Below are positions 1 through 15,639 of a DNA stretch of 64,000 nucleotides, piece after piece; position 1 is the first letter of the stretch, and each line of letters begins with the position of its first letter. Under the pieces are notes generated by a model. That model was not told where the DNA came from and ran no database searches. It saw only the letters and a program-made list of their open reading frames with translations. Both the position numbers and the translations under genes were made by a program. The stretch comes from the human T2T-CHM13v2.0 reference genome, Homo sapiens: the NCBI RefSeq assembly GCF_009914755.1, contig NC_060947.1. One strand, 5' to 3'.

Positions 1-2723
1 TCTAACTTCAAATGGAGAATTAGACTCTAGAAGGGTTAATATTAAAGAGTGCTAAAAATTAAAAATAAAAAACCCTGAAAAAATAACATGATATTTTGAA
101 AATGGAAGAATAAAGGGCATATTCTGCTCACAGTGCCACAAATAAGTAAGTTATCTATTTGGGGGTTAGTAGTGGGTTGAGATGTACCTGATTCCACGTG
201 TCCCTAGCATGTAGTGAGCCAACTCAGAACAATACCAGCCCTTTGTGTGGGAAAGCATGGAAAATGCAGTCATCGCCATTCAAGTGTGGTTTAGGGTGAA
301 ATCTCTGAGCGTCAGAATCATCATATACGTAGGTAAAAGAAGAGCAGAACTACCACAAATTACCCAGAATAAGAATTTTTCATTTCTCATTTTAGGCATT
401 TCCTCCAGGTATCAAAATTAAATTTTGCTTTCATCTTATACACATCACTGTATGACTACCATCTTTATGAAAAAGGAATACACAAAATTCCTCAATAATC
501 TCCAGCCACAGGCTCCAACTGTTCCAGTTCTGACTTTTTAAAACCATCACCTCTGGCAGAAAAATATGAGATTCCACTGCCATAAATCCAGTTTTCACAG
601 ATTTCATATATGTACACATGAACACCAACAGTAAGAAAGATTTCCACGAAGCTTTCCTCTATCTGTATATTTTAGTATGTATTTTCGTAGCTATGGTGTT
701 GTTACAATGCCCCAGTGACTGTGAACTTGGATAAGTCTTGCTGAGGATGGCAGAGTGGAAAACAGAGACACACCAGGATTCTTGATGACATCATTATGCC
801 AAAGAAGTAGTCAACTGTGGAACTGTGTTTGAATTTGTGTGTCTCTCTCTGTGTGCGTGTGTGTGTGTTTTAAGGAAATCTGTGTTTTTAAAGCCACTAT
901 AATCAACTAACTAAAACATGCAATCCAAAACTCTGCATTATGATACTTTGAAATATTTTTTAACGCATTCACAGGCCAAACAATATTGTGAGAAAGCAAA
1001 TTTATTTCAGACCAATAAAAGAAGAAGATGAGTGATGCCAGGAGAGAAAAACTCCTTAACATATGTGATCTTCCTTTTCTTCATTTGCTAAATAGAATCT
1101 AAGATATATCTACCTCATTGAGATCGTAAGTCCATAGTAAGGATTCATTATTTGACTATTTTATTTTGCATTAGAAAGTGTGGCAGAGACAATGTTATAT
1201 GTCCAGTAACTCCTGTTACATTTTGTTTTTCTTCCTGGGCACACGGGAAGACCATTATTTCCCAGCTTCCCGTGTTGTTAGGCTGTGATCATGTGACTGA
1301 GATCTGAGCTGTGGGAAAAAGTGATGAAAGCCACATGTGGCCTGGTTTTTATTACTGTTGCACATGATCCTCTGCCTTCTTTCCTGGTGTCATGTTACTA
1401 TTACGTTTGAATATGAAGGTCTAACCACTACAAGCAGGAGATCAAGCCTTCATATTGGCCACTATATAGACATTGAGTAGTTTTATTTTATTAAAATATT
1501 GAAGATTTCCTTAAGTTCACAACTTTGTTCATGCTTTTTCACACATGCTTCTTGCTTTCCCTTTAAAAAGGAAATATAAATTAATAATTAGGAAAGCTAG
1601 CTCAAAACCTATATTAAAATAAGTATGGGGAAATGGCTTTAAAATATCAGATAAAGTTTACAAAAATCTATAGGCAAATTTTCTCCATAGAAGCAAAGCA
1701 GCTACTCCTAGCAGTACAAATGAGGCCCCTCTAAGTAGGTGCATGTAAGTGGGTATTATACATGCCTAAACATCTACTAAAGAGAAAGCCCATTAAGAAA
1801 ATGATGTCTGGAGGCACCTACATCTTTTTCCCCTTTTTCAAGTACAGCCTAGACATCTTATCTTCTGCAGCTTTTAACACAATCTCTGCATTTCCATTCC
1901 ATCTGGCGGGGCTGGTTGAAGGGAAGATGTGAGAATATGCTGAAGGAGAAATCTACCTCTCCTTCTAGTTGGATCACATTACAACATGTGAGCAAGCAAA
2001 ATGTGTGTGCCCACTAACGTCAGCATGGTTTTCGTTTTGTGAATCATATCATGTTTATAGCAACCTCTTCTTTTTGTAAGCAGGCACAATAACAGAATTG
2101 CAATTTGTATCCATCTAAGTAAGAAAATAAGCAATGAAAATCATTTCTATAAAAGAAACCTAGAAGATAAAGAAGTCTCTAGCGTTTTTCAAAGGACCCT
2201 AGCTACCATTATAATTTTTAATATGAACCGTGCAATGTGGAATACTGTTGATTTGGCATGGGGAATGATCTTCAAACTTTAGTTTGTTGAAAAATAATGT
2301 ATGTGTTCATTTGAATTCTGATCTTATATTTCACTTAAAACAGTGCTCACATATGAATTTATTGATTTTGGCATAGCTTAACTTTGAAAATATTAATTTT
2401 TGAACACTTAACGTGTCAATCTGACTGTAATATTTAAAAGAAAAAGTCTTGTTCAGTAATAGTATGTACTTTATAACTTTAAAAAGTATATGAAAATAAA
2501 CTGATAGGTTGTAGATAAGAACACAGAAACTGCATTCATATTTAAGATAAGATTATGAAAACAAAAGAGTTCAAAGAAAATTCACAGGAGACATATAACT
2601 CCTGTCACTTGGGGATAAAAAGCCACATCTCTCTGTTGATAAGGGAACCTCAGTGGAAAGTTTTGAAAAGTACTGTTCGAATTATTTGGTCAGGTCACTT
2701 ATCTCTAGCTTGATTTTAACCTT

Positions 2724-3388
2724 GGAGCACAAGGAACTTCCCCAAAATATGGCTCCCTGGTATAATGAGTATTTCGAATTAAAGGCCTTTAGAAATCAAC
2801 AGATAAAAGAAGAGAGCTCCCCGCCATCTACATAAGGATTGGACAGACCCACCAAGAAGAACAATTACTTCTCCCTCCCCGCAACTTGCCCCTCCCATCT
2901 CTGAATCCTCTATCTCTCCCAAAGCACAGGCTGAAGTTGTTCTCTAAAGTTTCAGCCTAAAGTCCGGACCTAACAAAGAAGAAAACAATTACCTCTGGTC
3001 CCTCCCCTGAGTTTTCATTATTGCAGGAAGGAAGGCTGAAGTCTATTAACAAACCTGGACAGATTTTGTCACAAACCATTGTCTGCTCTGCAGGCCCAAC
3101 AAACTTTGTTCCAGACCATTGTATGTTCTTCAAGCCCATTGAATCTCCCTAAAAATAATTTACTAATCCCTAAAATCATCCACACTTCCCCATCTCCCGC
3201 TCTCCTAAGAAGCAGGGTGTATAAGCATCTGTACCCTGTTGGGATATTGGGCATTCAGTCTGTGATTGTCCCCCTGCCCACGGTAGTAATACCTTTATAT
3301 GGCTTTTCTCTTAATCTCCCTTTTTGTGAGTTGATTTTTCAACAAACCTTCCAAGGGCGAAGGGAAAGCTTTCCCTTTGCCCCTACAA
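2724..3388 (+). mobile_element. ERV1 solo LTR, MER39/MER34-like (MER4 group)
   Basis: Starts with cttccccaaaatatggctccctggtataatgagtatttcgaattaaagg, has a TATA-like gtataag near 3219, and ends gggaaagctttccctttgcccctaca; subfamily approximate. Confidence 0.75.
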
Positions 3389-3499
3389 CCTTGAGAGTTT
3401 CATGTCTAAGTGGGGGTTCTTGAACACATCCAGGGACAGAAAACTCATTCTCTCCCTTGCAATCCCCTTATAGCTGGACAGCTCTAAAAGTTAGTAGAT

Positions 3500-3920
3500 G
3501 TGTTAGTCAGGGTAAGTGAATCTAGCTGCACAAGAAAAGATCCCCCACATCTACATGGCTTGACACAATAAAGGTTTATTTAATGTTCATATCACAATGC
3601 ACCAGGCAGTTCTGCTCAGCTGGCTCTTTTCGCAGATCTTGGCTTCTTTCACCTACCATCTTACAGGACCTCAGAGTCCTCCCCAGGACCCTCTGCATCT
3701 GACTAGCAGCAGGGGAACAGAGAATATGTGGAAGAGCTCAGAGGGGGCTTTAGAGGTCAGGACTGGAAGTAGCATATACTAAGCTCACCCATACTTTATT
3801 GGCTTGACTGACATAGGCACATGGCCCCACTTAGATAGCAAGGGGTTAAAATATATAGACTATCAGGGTAACCAAGATGGAGATGAGTTCACAGATGTTG
3901 GAGAGTACTAGCAGTGTCTG
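3500..3920 (-). mobile_element. MLT1 (ERVL-MaLR) LTR remnant
   Basis: tgtgttagtcagggtaag...ggcttgacacaataaaggtttattt resembles the reverse complement of old MLT1 LTRs; boundaries approximate. Confidence 0.5.
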
Positions 3921-4149
3921 TTATGGAAAACTGTCCTTCCATTGAGCTAAGGTGTTTCTTGCAGTAGTTTCTACCTATAGAACCCAGCTTAACTTTGGGT
4001 CACATTGACCAAGTTTAATTCTGCTTTCATATGACAGCCCCACAGATATTTGAAGACAGTCATTATGCCTCTACGTCTACTTGCTTCTGGGCTATTCATC
4101 CAATTAGTCAACTTGTTCTCATATCATCAGTTTTCACATCCCCTCATGA

Positions 4150-4450
4150 TTTGTTTGTTTGTTTTTTGAGACAGGGTCTCGCTCTGTTGTCCAGGCTGGA
4201 GTGCATTGGCACGATAATGGCTCACTGCAGCCTCCACCTTCTGGGTTCAAGTGATCCTCCCATCTCAGCCTCCTGAGTAGCTGGGGCTATAGGCACATGC
4301 CACCACATCCAGCTAATTAAAATTTTTTTTCAGTAAAGGCGGGGTCCCACCATGTTGCCCAGGTTAGTCTTGCTCTCCTGGGCTCAAGTCATCCTCCCAC
4401 TTCTGCCTCCCAATGTGCTCGGATTACAGGTGTGAGCCACTGTGCCAGGT
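4150..4450 (-). mobile_element. AluJ
   Basis: TTTG tail, then gagacagggtctcgctctgttg...ctcctgggctcaag...ggattacaggtgtgagccac. Confidence 0.92.
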
Positions 4451-4819
4451 CATTTTTTGTTTTCCTAAGCTCCAATTGCTTTACAGTTTGAATGAAAACT
4501 GAATGAGATACTCCAATAGTGACCCCAGCTTGAGATATTGTAAATTTATTACTACAAATTACCATATTAGGTTCTGTTAATTCATATTGAACTTACTCCT
4601 TCTAAATGATTTAGCTAATTTGGCTGCTAAGCTACATTTTCTTCCTTTTTGCACTTAGTTTATTACTGGAAGTCTTGATATTTTCTTCATTTCATTTTGT
4701 TGAATTTGAATACCATCACTAGCTGAATTATAATACTTCAGCTCGTGTCTGTCCCATCTCTGGCCCTGTAAACAGATGTGCCCATACCTAAAAGAGAGGG
4801 CATTTAAGAGCCAACCATA

Positions 4820-5650
4820 AGGACCACCAGATGCTCAGATCAGAATCTTTGTAGTTATCCATGGTTTTTTGTTGTTGTTGTTTTTTCTGTCTCTCAAATC
4901 CAGCATCCAATCTTATAAGAAAATCCTGTTGACTTCACCTTGAAAACACACCCAGAATCTGATGGCCTCTCTTCCTGTCCTTCTGCTTCATCTTTTGATT
5001 GCATTACTGCTGGAGCCTCTTCTGGGTGCTTGCTCCTACCTTGCATTCCCCTGCACTCCTTCCCAGCCTATTTCAAAGCTGTCATTCTTTTGAACTCTTC
5101 TGCTCAAGACTCTTCGTTGGCTCCCATTTCACAAGAGTAAAAGACAAAGTCCACGCAATGCTCCCAAAGCTCTAAGAGGCTGTCCTTGCTGTGACCTAGT
5201 CCTCTCCCAGTTGCCCCTGACTCCCGCTGCCCTCACCACTCTGAGGCCCCGTCAGTTCTTCACAGACGCCACAGGCTCCCATCTCAGGCCTTTGCACTTG
5301 CTGTTCTTTCTGCCCATAGTTCTTGCCTCCAGGATATCAGCATGATTTGCACTCTTAGTTTCTTCAGGTGTCTGCTCAATTCTTAACCTCTCCCAAAAGG
5401 CCTTCCTAGACACCTTACACGAAAGGGTAACCTCCTTGCTCCTCTCCTTTGTGGAGGGCCTTGGTTCCTGTATATCCTGCTTTATTTGTATTTGCAGCAC
5501 CCCTCACTAGCTGACAGTGATTGGTTTATTGTCCATCTCCCTCCATTAGAATATAAACTGAACAAGGGCAGGGACTCATTTAATTGACTTTTGTGGCCTC
5601 AGCATCCAGAATAGCACTAGATGTGCTGCTGGTGCTCAATAAAGATTGGC
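4820..5650 (+). mobile_element. L2 LINE 3' fragment
   Basis: ctcaggcctttgcacttgctgttc, ctccctccattagaatataaactg...ggtgctcaataaa are L2 3'-end motifs; boundaries approximate. Confidence 0.7.
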
Positions 5651-6888
5651 TGAAGAAGGCACAGATGCTTTACTGTCCCCAGCTTCCTGCTTCCCCCAGC
5701 TTCATACACTTCCCCGTAGCTTCCTATGCTCTTTGCAGAGACAGATCATCCCCTGGTTCCTAAATTTGTATTTCAAAGTATTAGCTGCTTTCCTAGCTTT
5801 ATGTGTTACCCTTCAAATGTGTAGATTAATGAGTAAAATGTAGCTTCATTAAGGCATGAACTAGTTGAGACTCTAAGTTAACTTGGGCAAAACCAGTTCA
5901 GCAATTCCCATGTCTTGTCTTGTATTTCTGCCTCTCGACTTAGAAATAAACTCTGGTGCGGTAACCAAAGTTCTCTCCAAGACAATATTGTCCACACTGG
6001 GTGTTGTTAATGCTAAAATCATCCACAGCACATTTCTCAGAAAACATCTGCTCTTAATAATTGGGGATGAGGTCTGTGCCTCCTTAAACTTTCCTATACA
6101 TCATTGGTCAAAAAGGTAGAAATAAAAACCTGTATTTCTTAAAACAAGGAAAACATTGCTTTTCTAATGAAAACTCAAAGAGTTGAAATATGAAAAATAA
6201 AAATCCCCTCAAATTTGAAAACATAACAAAATTTAATTATTTTGTTGATGGAGGTTAAAAAACATTGATAAGTTTTATGGCCTTTTGCCGAAATCTATCA
6301 TCACTTTTGGAAAACAAAACTCTTCCCAGCAATACCTTTAAAGGCTGTGCTTCACAGGAATGCAAAAGAAAATTGCCAAAAGATTACATTGTATAATTTG
6401 TCCCTGCCAAGCATTCTACTTGAATAACAGAAAATTCTACCAAGATTTTAATAGAACTGTTCTTTAGCTTCAGTTAACTAAACCCCTCTGTGAAACATTA
6501 GAAAGATGTATGCATCATTTCTATGTTTATTCAGACAACAAATATTTATAGGCAGCTTGCTTTATACACAGGATTTGAAAAGAGAAGATTTTTCACAGCA
6601 GAGATAGTCCTGGCAAAGACGGAATTCCAGCTGGGTCAACTGAATCTTTAACTAGGGCATCTAGATATAGAGATACTAATATAGTTATAGTTATATATAA
6701 ATATAGCAGCAAGCAAAATAAATTTGGTCTTATTCTATAAGTTTATTCATGTACTTCCTCTACCTCGAGAATATAATTTAAATATTACAGAAAACACTTC
6801 TGTCCTGAGAAGAACTTTCCCTCCAAATAGCATTAGCTAGTTTTGCTTTCCCTGGTAATTCAGTTATTCATTCAAGAACAATTTATGG

Positions 6889-7241
6889 CAGTGATGCCCC
6901 AACCCTTTTGGCGCCAGGGACCGGTTTCATGGAAGACAATTTTTCCATGAATCCGGGATGGGTGGGAGGAAGGTGGTCTCAGGATGAAACTGTTCCACTT
7001 CAGATCATCAAGCGTTAGATTACCATAAGGAGTGGGCAACCTAGATCCCTCGCATGCACGGTTCACAATAAGGTTTGCGCTCCTATGAGAGTCTAATGCC
7101 GCCGCTGATCTGACAAGAGAGAGAGCTCAGGCGATAATGCTCACTCACTGGCCACTCATCTCCTACTGTGTAGCCTGGTTCCTAACAAGCCACAGACTGG
7201 GACCGGTACTAGTCCATGGCCTGGGGACTTGGGGGCCCCTG
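6889..7241 (+). mobile_element. MER1B hAT-Charlie DNA transposon fossil
   Basis: cagtgatgccccaaccctttt...ttgggggcccctg termini, flanked by a perfect 8-bp TSD atttatgg (6881-6888 and 7242-7249). Confidence 0.92.
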
Positions 7242-8094
7242 ATTTATGGGACTCCCACACATGCCAGAGTGGGCAAGGCACTGGAGATGTGAAAATGCAC
7301 AAAACCCTCAAAAACCCACAGTGCAGTGGGGACTGGAGGGACAAAGGGTGACATTAGGAGCATGTGCTACAGAAAACTCAGCCTGATTCATTCAGTAATT
7401 CCACAAATATTGATTGAGTGCCTGCTGTATACACTGGTCTAGATGCTTGAGACACACCAGTGAAATAAACTGACAAAAAACTCTGCCTTTGATGTGCTTG
7501 CATAGCAGGATATAAAAACGATAGACAAGAAACACAACGAACAAGGAAATTACATAATATCTTAGAGGATAAGCCCTATGGGGAAATAAATCAAATTTTC
7601 CTTCAAGTTGGACAGCGGAAGAATGGATATGCAAGACCTCAAAAAAGTTGCCTTCCATGTAACATTTTCCAGTATGTGTTCCAGAAAAAAATGAAAGAGA
7701 AAACCAAGAAAGAGAAAAAATGGAATCTAGGAAACACAAGAATTAAGCCAGAGAAAGGCAAAGAAAACATGGGAGGAACAGTTCTTCCCCCTTCCTCTCC
7801 CATCATCTGGGTTGAATATGAGCCACCAGTATCATCCCCCAGTATGCAAGCCAGGCCAATAAGCTTTAGTTGCAGGATTTTCTAAATTGGGCCTGACAGA
7901 AGAGAGTACTTTCCTCTCAGGTTATGATGCAGTGAGGATGTGATCCCAAGAGCTAAAAGTGACCCGGACCTCCTGCCTTATGAAGACAGCTCACCCATGA
8001 GACTGAAGTTGGTAGAGAGAAAGAATAGAAACAGGAAGAAGCAGACAGGTCATTCTACCATTGTATTCCTGTTTCTGTGCAGCTTCAAATGCCC

Positions 8095-8575
8095 TCTGAT
8101 AGTAGATCACATGAATTGGTCACAAATTATGTCAACAAGTGAAATCTACCCACTCTTTGAATCTGGGTGTGGCCACATGACTCTTATTGGTCAATGGGAC
8201 ATTAGCAAACACGAAGCAAGCAGAGGCTAAAAAGTGTTTGTGGTTTGGGGCTTGTGCTCGCTGGCCGCTGGGAACCTTTCATTAATATATAAAGTGGGCC
8301 AGACTGGCCACCTGGAGGATGAGAGATGAGGTGGAGCAGCGATTGATCATGTAGATCATGTAGAAGCATCTCAGCTGGTGTTTTCTAGATCCACCAGCCC
8401 TCTCATCACCTGCCAGCTGACTGCAGACACATGAGTGACCCCAAGTGAGCCAAGCAGAAGAATTGCCCAGCTGAATCCAGCTAATTGCTGACCCACAGAA
8501 TCATAGCTAAAGATTATTGTTTTAAGCCACTAAATTTTATGATGGTTTGTTATGCAGCGCTGGATAACTGATACA
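8095..8575 (+). mobile_element. MLT1 LTR
   Basis: 3' end ccagctaattgctgacccacagaatc...ttttaagccactaaatttt...gataactgataca. Confidence 0.7.
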
Positions 8576-9419
8576 CTCTACACACACACATGCACACACT
8601 ACACACACTTTATATTTTTTCTTAAAGTAAAACAATTTTTTGCCATTTGCAATCAAAAGAAGTTCTAACTAAAATCATAGAGCTTCTTGTGCTTGTGTCA
8701 TTGACTTGGTGCCCTGTTCATTAATTTAGTTATTCTGTGACTTGAACTATGCCCCTGAATTCCAAGCTTCTCCTTCCAATCTCAATGTTGACATTATCCA
8801 CCTGTGCTTTGTCCAGGATAAAGACACTACCGTTTGTGGATAAACAAACTACAAAAGAACCTTCTCCTCCCTCCTCTTCAATGCCCACACCTGTCAGGTT
8901 GGCCCCCTTCCTATGGCCTTTTGCCAAGGGTCTGTACTGCCACTTCCTGTTGGCTCTTTTCAATGCCAACAGCTTGACAATGTGACTCTCCATCTGTCAC
9001 TAATTGCTGGACCTACTGTCATCCCTCTTCACTTGTCTGTGCAGACTTCACTCCCTCCTGCAAATAGGAGAGCTATCCACCTGCCAAATGCCAACAGTCA
9101 GTTTCCAGCCTAGATCTGAACCCTTTCTGGCCTATTCTGTTTCGTTAGATTGAGATTCCCATACGATTACTCTTCCAGTTTATCCTCTGTCTGGGTTAGA
9201 GCTGGGTCTGGGAAGGTAAGTGAATCTCTTTAAGCTCTCATATTCAGATGACAAATCACATACAGTAGAAGTAGATGGTGATTTTTTTTAAAAAAAAAAA
9301 CAAGCCATGGGAAAACTATTCTCTTCCTCGTGGAAGAATATTGACAAGGCTCTTGCAGGCACCCGTGGAGTCTGTTTATTGCCTTTGGGGTTGTAGACAA
9401 TGAAATTGATTCTCAATAT

Positions 9420-9880
9420 CAACCAGATAGGTCAATTCTCTGCTCATATTCCCTTAGGCCTTTCCATTTCTATGCCCAGTAGCCTGACATCCAACTGCCA
9501 GTCTCTACAATTTTTTTACCAGAGAGTTTTCTCTGGTGCTGGAGCCAGCTTTGCTTGCATATGGCAGCCCAGAAGTGCTGGAGAATTAATGTCTCCCACT
9601 TCTACCACTGTGCAGTCCTCATGCAGTGACTGGCCAGAATTGGTGTATTAATACCCCCGCTCCCTTGTCCCTCAGATAGGATATCTCTGAGGAGTATGTT
9701 TTCCACTGGATCTCAGAGTTCCCCAATAAGATTAAGCTTCAGTGCCCACAGTGGTAACTTACCTGATAACCTATTCTTTATTGGTTTTCCTCTCTTCCTT
9801 GTCTCTCTCCCCCAAATAAATTACATGCCCTTGAAATTTTGTCTCAAGGTCTGCATCCAAGAGAACCCAAACCAAGATAA
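9420..9880 (+). mobile_element. LTR16-family ERVL LTR
   Basis: ccagaagtgctggagaattaatg...gcccacagtggtaactt...aaataaattac...gtctcaaggtctgc...aacccaaaccaagata. Confidence 0.7.
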
Positions 9881-10949
9881 TAATCCACCCAGTAACTGAA
9901 TACTCTATAGGACAGGAGCTGGATCTATGGAGATGGTAACAATTTAAAAGGAAAAACAGCACAATAATATGATGATGATCAGAACCAGCCACTTAGATGG
10001 TGAGCAAAATCAGTGTTGCTACCAGGCCCCATTTGCCCTCTATCTTAGTCTTGGGTGACCTTCCTGATAGTAGAGTATGTGAACCAAGGATGAATATAAG
10101 GGAAATTTTTGGTTATAACCTGATTAATCCATGGGTGTGGGCATCAGTCACTTTGCCCAATATCCACAGGGCAATAAACTTGTGGAATTTAATTTTTTTG
10201 TAATGTGTGACTATTTAAACATTATTTTACAGATTTTTATGGGAGAATGATACTCTGATATGGTTCTTCGTCCAAAAGCAAAGTACAACTTAAAAGATAA
10301 CCAGCGGGACTTCCAATAGCTATGTTCAAATATTTATGAAACATTGACTTTTGGGTTGTAGGCTAAAGCACAGAGTTTAAATTGGTTAGTTCTATTGCCA
10401 AATGCCTTCAGACTTCATTGACTTTTTTGGAATTAGTACAGAAGCAGAGATTAGATCCAAAACTTTTACAGAGATTCTGTGTGGTCCAGAAAATTATGAG
10501 TCTTTGCTTGTACATAGAAATTAAATATTACACATGTTTACACTCCATCTTTTGAGACAGTGAGCAATTGAGGCGTCTGAACTGATTGAAGAAAGACCTC
10601 TCTATAAATCTATGACCTATTATTCTTCTACCAAAGAGTGGAAAAATTCTTAATAGTTCTGAATGATGAACTTTCTTAAAAAATTGGGAATTTTGGCATC
10701 TGGGAGGCAATGCTAACCATTTGAATAGGGCTTCCTTTACTTTCAGTCAGTATTGCAGTCATTGCTTTGTCAAGGGTTCTGAGATCCCTCAAGCATGAAA
10801 GGAAGGATAAGGAATCAAATCCTTTCTCTACTTAATAGGGAATGTCTCAGAACTGCTTCAAAATTAGCTTTGGCTCAGCTTAATGAAATTTCCCCATTGT
10901 TGAGCAGCGGCCCACAAAATCCACAGCATTAAAATGGCAGTCCTTCAAC

Positions 10950-10952
<3 letters not shown>

Positions 10953-10988
<36 letters not shown>
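10953..10988 (+). repeat. poly(A)36 mononucleotide tract
   Basis: Uninterrupted A run with no adjacent Alu/L1 body. Confidence 0.95.
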
Positions 10989-10989
<1 letters not shown>

Positions 10990-13735
10990 CCTTGAAAATT
11001 ACAGAACATACAAAAATAAAGATTTTTATTTCTCTTCCCCAGGTTCACAGAAAGAACTGAACCTGCTCAGCCTTTTGAGTAGGCTAAATATTAGAGGCAC
11101 TCCAACTCAGGAGGACGTGTTTTACTCGCACAATTTAACCCATAAAATGCCTATGATAGAGGACTCGAAGTTTCTGCAATGAAACTCACCAGCCCTGCTG
11201 CCCTCAGGAAATCATTTTAGAGGACAGCAGAGCAACCAAGAGACATGAGAGGGAGCTACTCCTCACTGGTGTTGCTTAAGTTTCTCCAGTGGGGTCTTAT
11301 TCAGAAGGTGTTTCTCTTGAGACTTCTCCCCAGCTCTGGTTAAATTAATTTGGCTTTACTGGACTGAGATAAGATAATTATAATTGCTTCTCTATCCCCT
11401 TTCCTTTTCACTTTGCACCCACACACAATCTTTGTGTTTTCAAAACTCCTTAAAATATCACTATAATATATGACATCAATTTCTTTATATTAACATGTGC
11501 ATAAAATTTGACACTCAGTGCTCACCTTTCATCACTCAGTATCTACTCATCTCCCTTTGCCTGAACAAGGGTGCATCCAAACTTACAGTCTTTGGAGCAC
11601 AAATCAATGTAGCAATGTAGCCAACAAAGGATCTCTTGATTCAAATGATACCAATGTCAAATGCTGATGTGTGTAAATAATTAATTGTGTTTTCACTGGT
11701 GAGTCCAGTTTGATCTTTCATTGCTTGGCGACCCCTGGGGTCTGTGGCTCCCTGAGAAGCAGGAACATTTAGGATTTTTTATTACCAGCTCATCAATAAT
11801 TTATAGATTACTATGGAGTCAGGTGCACAGATTCAGAGTATCATCTATCACTATAGGCAGCTCCAGTGTTAAGGGATGGCTACTTCCCAGAAATCAACGA
11901 AGGGGAACAGATGAGGAAAGGGGGCAACATGGCACATATGCCACAGAAGGCACATCTTTCAGAAACACAAACATATCAAGGTAAACAATTTCCTTCTCAC
12001 TGAGCCAGACAAACTATAAAGTGCTCTAACTATCCCCTAAAGGTAAAACACCACTGTATGTTACATAGCCAAATATAATTCAACTGTTATCACTTATCAT
12101 TAAAATTATTTATGTTTTTCTTCTCTTCTATGCTGTCTTAGGTGAAAGTTTCACTAGAACAACTCTTAGATTCAAACTTGTAGAAAGCGCTATTGCTTAA
12201 AAAAGGGGGGTGGGGGAGGATGGGTACTTTCTTAACGGGAAAATTGTGTCTTGCCAGAAAATGACCTTGAAATTAGAGGGAGGTATTGGAGTTTAATCAC
12301 AGCTTTGATAACGTATGTGCTGTGTCTTTTGGACAATGCCATTGAGTGTGGGGTTCATGTCCTTATGATTGTCTAAAGTGTGTCACAGTACATGCACATG
12401 TTGTGATGGAAAGAAGCAAAATGTACAAACACTAAAAGGGCCATTTATTACAGACCTTCAAGGAAACCAACAATGACTTTGGGATGTATGTTGCATTCCT
12501 GAATTTTACATGATTTTCTGGATAGCATTAACAGTTTTCTGAGAATGTTCTTAAGAATTCCATTTCTATCACAGCCATGTATGTATTCCCACCCTCTGAC
12601 CCCACAGTCGTGTCTCTCCCAACTTCTCCCCAAAGCTGGTTCTCACAGAGCAAAGGAAAGATGGGCTGTGCAAATAAAACCTAAACCCAATGGAATTTGA
12701 AACAAGTCCTAGTAGGATAAAGAAATCTCTGAACATATTCATAAGGAGTGTTTCTTTAGGGAACTTTTCTGTTTCAGGGACACCACTGAGGCTGTGCCAC
12801 ATTCTGAAACTGTTGCTATGGCAAAGCGTCTTGTGTTATTGACGATGGAGCACATTGTTGTGTTTAAGTCATGTAAATGATCAGGACACAAAGGAAGCTG
12901 CCCACAGCAGCCCCTGCTCAATCACCACAGCGCTGGGGCCTTTCCCCCTTGACACATGCCATTTACACGGCATGGGAAGGCATTTCTTTCAGAAAGCCTC
13001 ACTCCCTGGGTGCTGTGAACTGTTCTTTGGAGACGTTTATGAGATCTCCACATCTTTCAGAATCGATTCTGCAGGGGAAAAAGAATACACAATGACAAAG
13101 CCCTTTCTTTTGTTTTAAGGTCAGGATATTTCTATAGACATTTTGCATTTTCTACCTATTAACACATTTTTTTTTCCGGGCTGCTGGTCTTGTCTAATAT
13201 TTCAACTTTCTATCAGTTCTTGTCATTTAGAGTCCAACTATGAGAGTTTCTCCTTTGTTTCCCACTTATAGCTCAAATATGTGTTTTTAATTATTTTCCA
13301 CAGCATCAATTCACACTGATTAGACATAATTACAGAAACAAAATATGCAGAATACATTTTAATAATGCCTGTCACCTCTGAGGGAACAATGAGGATCTAA
13401 TTTAATGATCTAAGTGTTGTTTGAAAGCGACACAGAGTTTTTAAAAATAGTACTATATATTTTGAAGTGGAGCTTATTAGTATTTTTAGATACAAATGTA
13501 AGCTGAAATGAACTATTATTCAGGTTTCAATGCATGTAATTAAAAAAACACTTAGGGCAATGCTTGTTTACACAAAGAATCAAATTATACCCTTTAATAA
13601 TAAAAGCTTGATCCAACTGTGACACTTGAGACTTGAAATGATGTGATAATTTGTAGTCCAATTTCTAAGGGAAATTTTGCCATATGAAAATCTATTTTTG
13701 ACAATACTGTGTCAAAGTCAATGTCCTGGTTTTGA

Positions 13736-14135
<400 letters not shown>

Positions 14136-14546
14136 ATTGTGTCTCCAACTATTTCATAATAAAAAAAGTTATATCAAAAATCTATTTTTCATACCTAATA
14201 AAAATATATTTTTTCTACTTGTAGAAGAATATGCTGTCTCAGTAGAGCTTAGAATATTACTATTACAGAACCATATGACATTACTCTCAATATTTGTCTT
14301 GGCATCTGGAGTCAAAGGAATTTTAGACAATGAGTTAACTTTCTCAAAGAAAATCTCTTTACCCCGAATTTTCAACTTGTTCAGAAAAGAATTTGTAAAC
14401 AGTTATGAATGAGAAATCTACTTACTTTTACTGTTTCAGACGCTCTTCTAGAAGTTATTAAAACAGTATTTACAATTCTCATAAATCTGGAGGCATAATT
14501 GGATCTCATTTCCTTTGCCTTTTTCGCTCTTTTTAAAAACTCTTTT

Positions 14547-15464
<918 letters not shown>

Positions 15465-15639
15465 CTGTCTACACTGTCTTGTATAATATCTGAAACAGTG
15501 CATGTTGGAGGGAGAGTTCTATTAAAATGATAATAGGAGTTAGTTAATTCTTTTTAAACTGTAACAATTAAAAGCATTTTGTGAGTGACCTAGGAACACG
15601 GCTCTGTATCATAACCCCTTTCTCTTTTCTTTTTTTTTA

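Noticed and set aside
1895-1915. CTCF-like motif ccgccagatgg (minus strand)
   Set aside because: The 3' end of the core mismatches; a single weak match is expected by chance.
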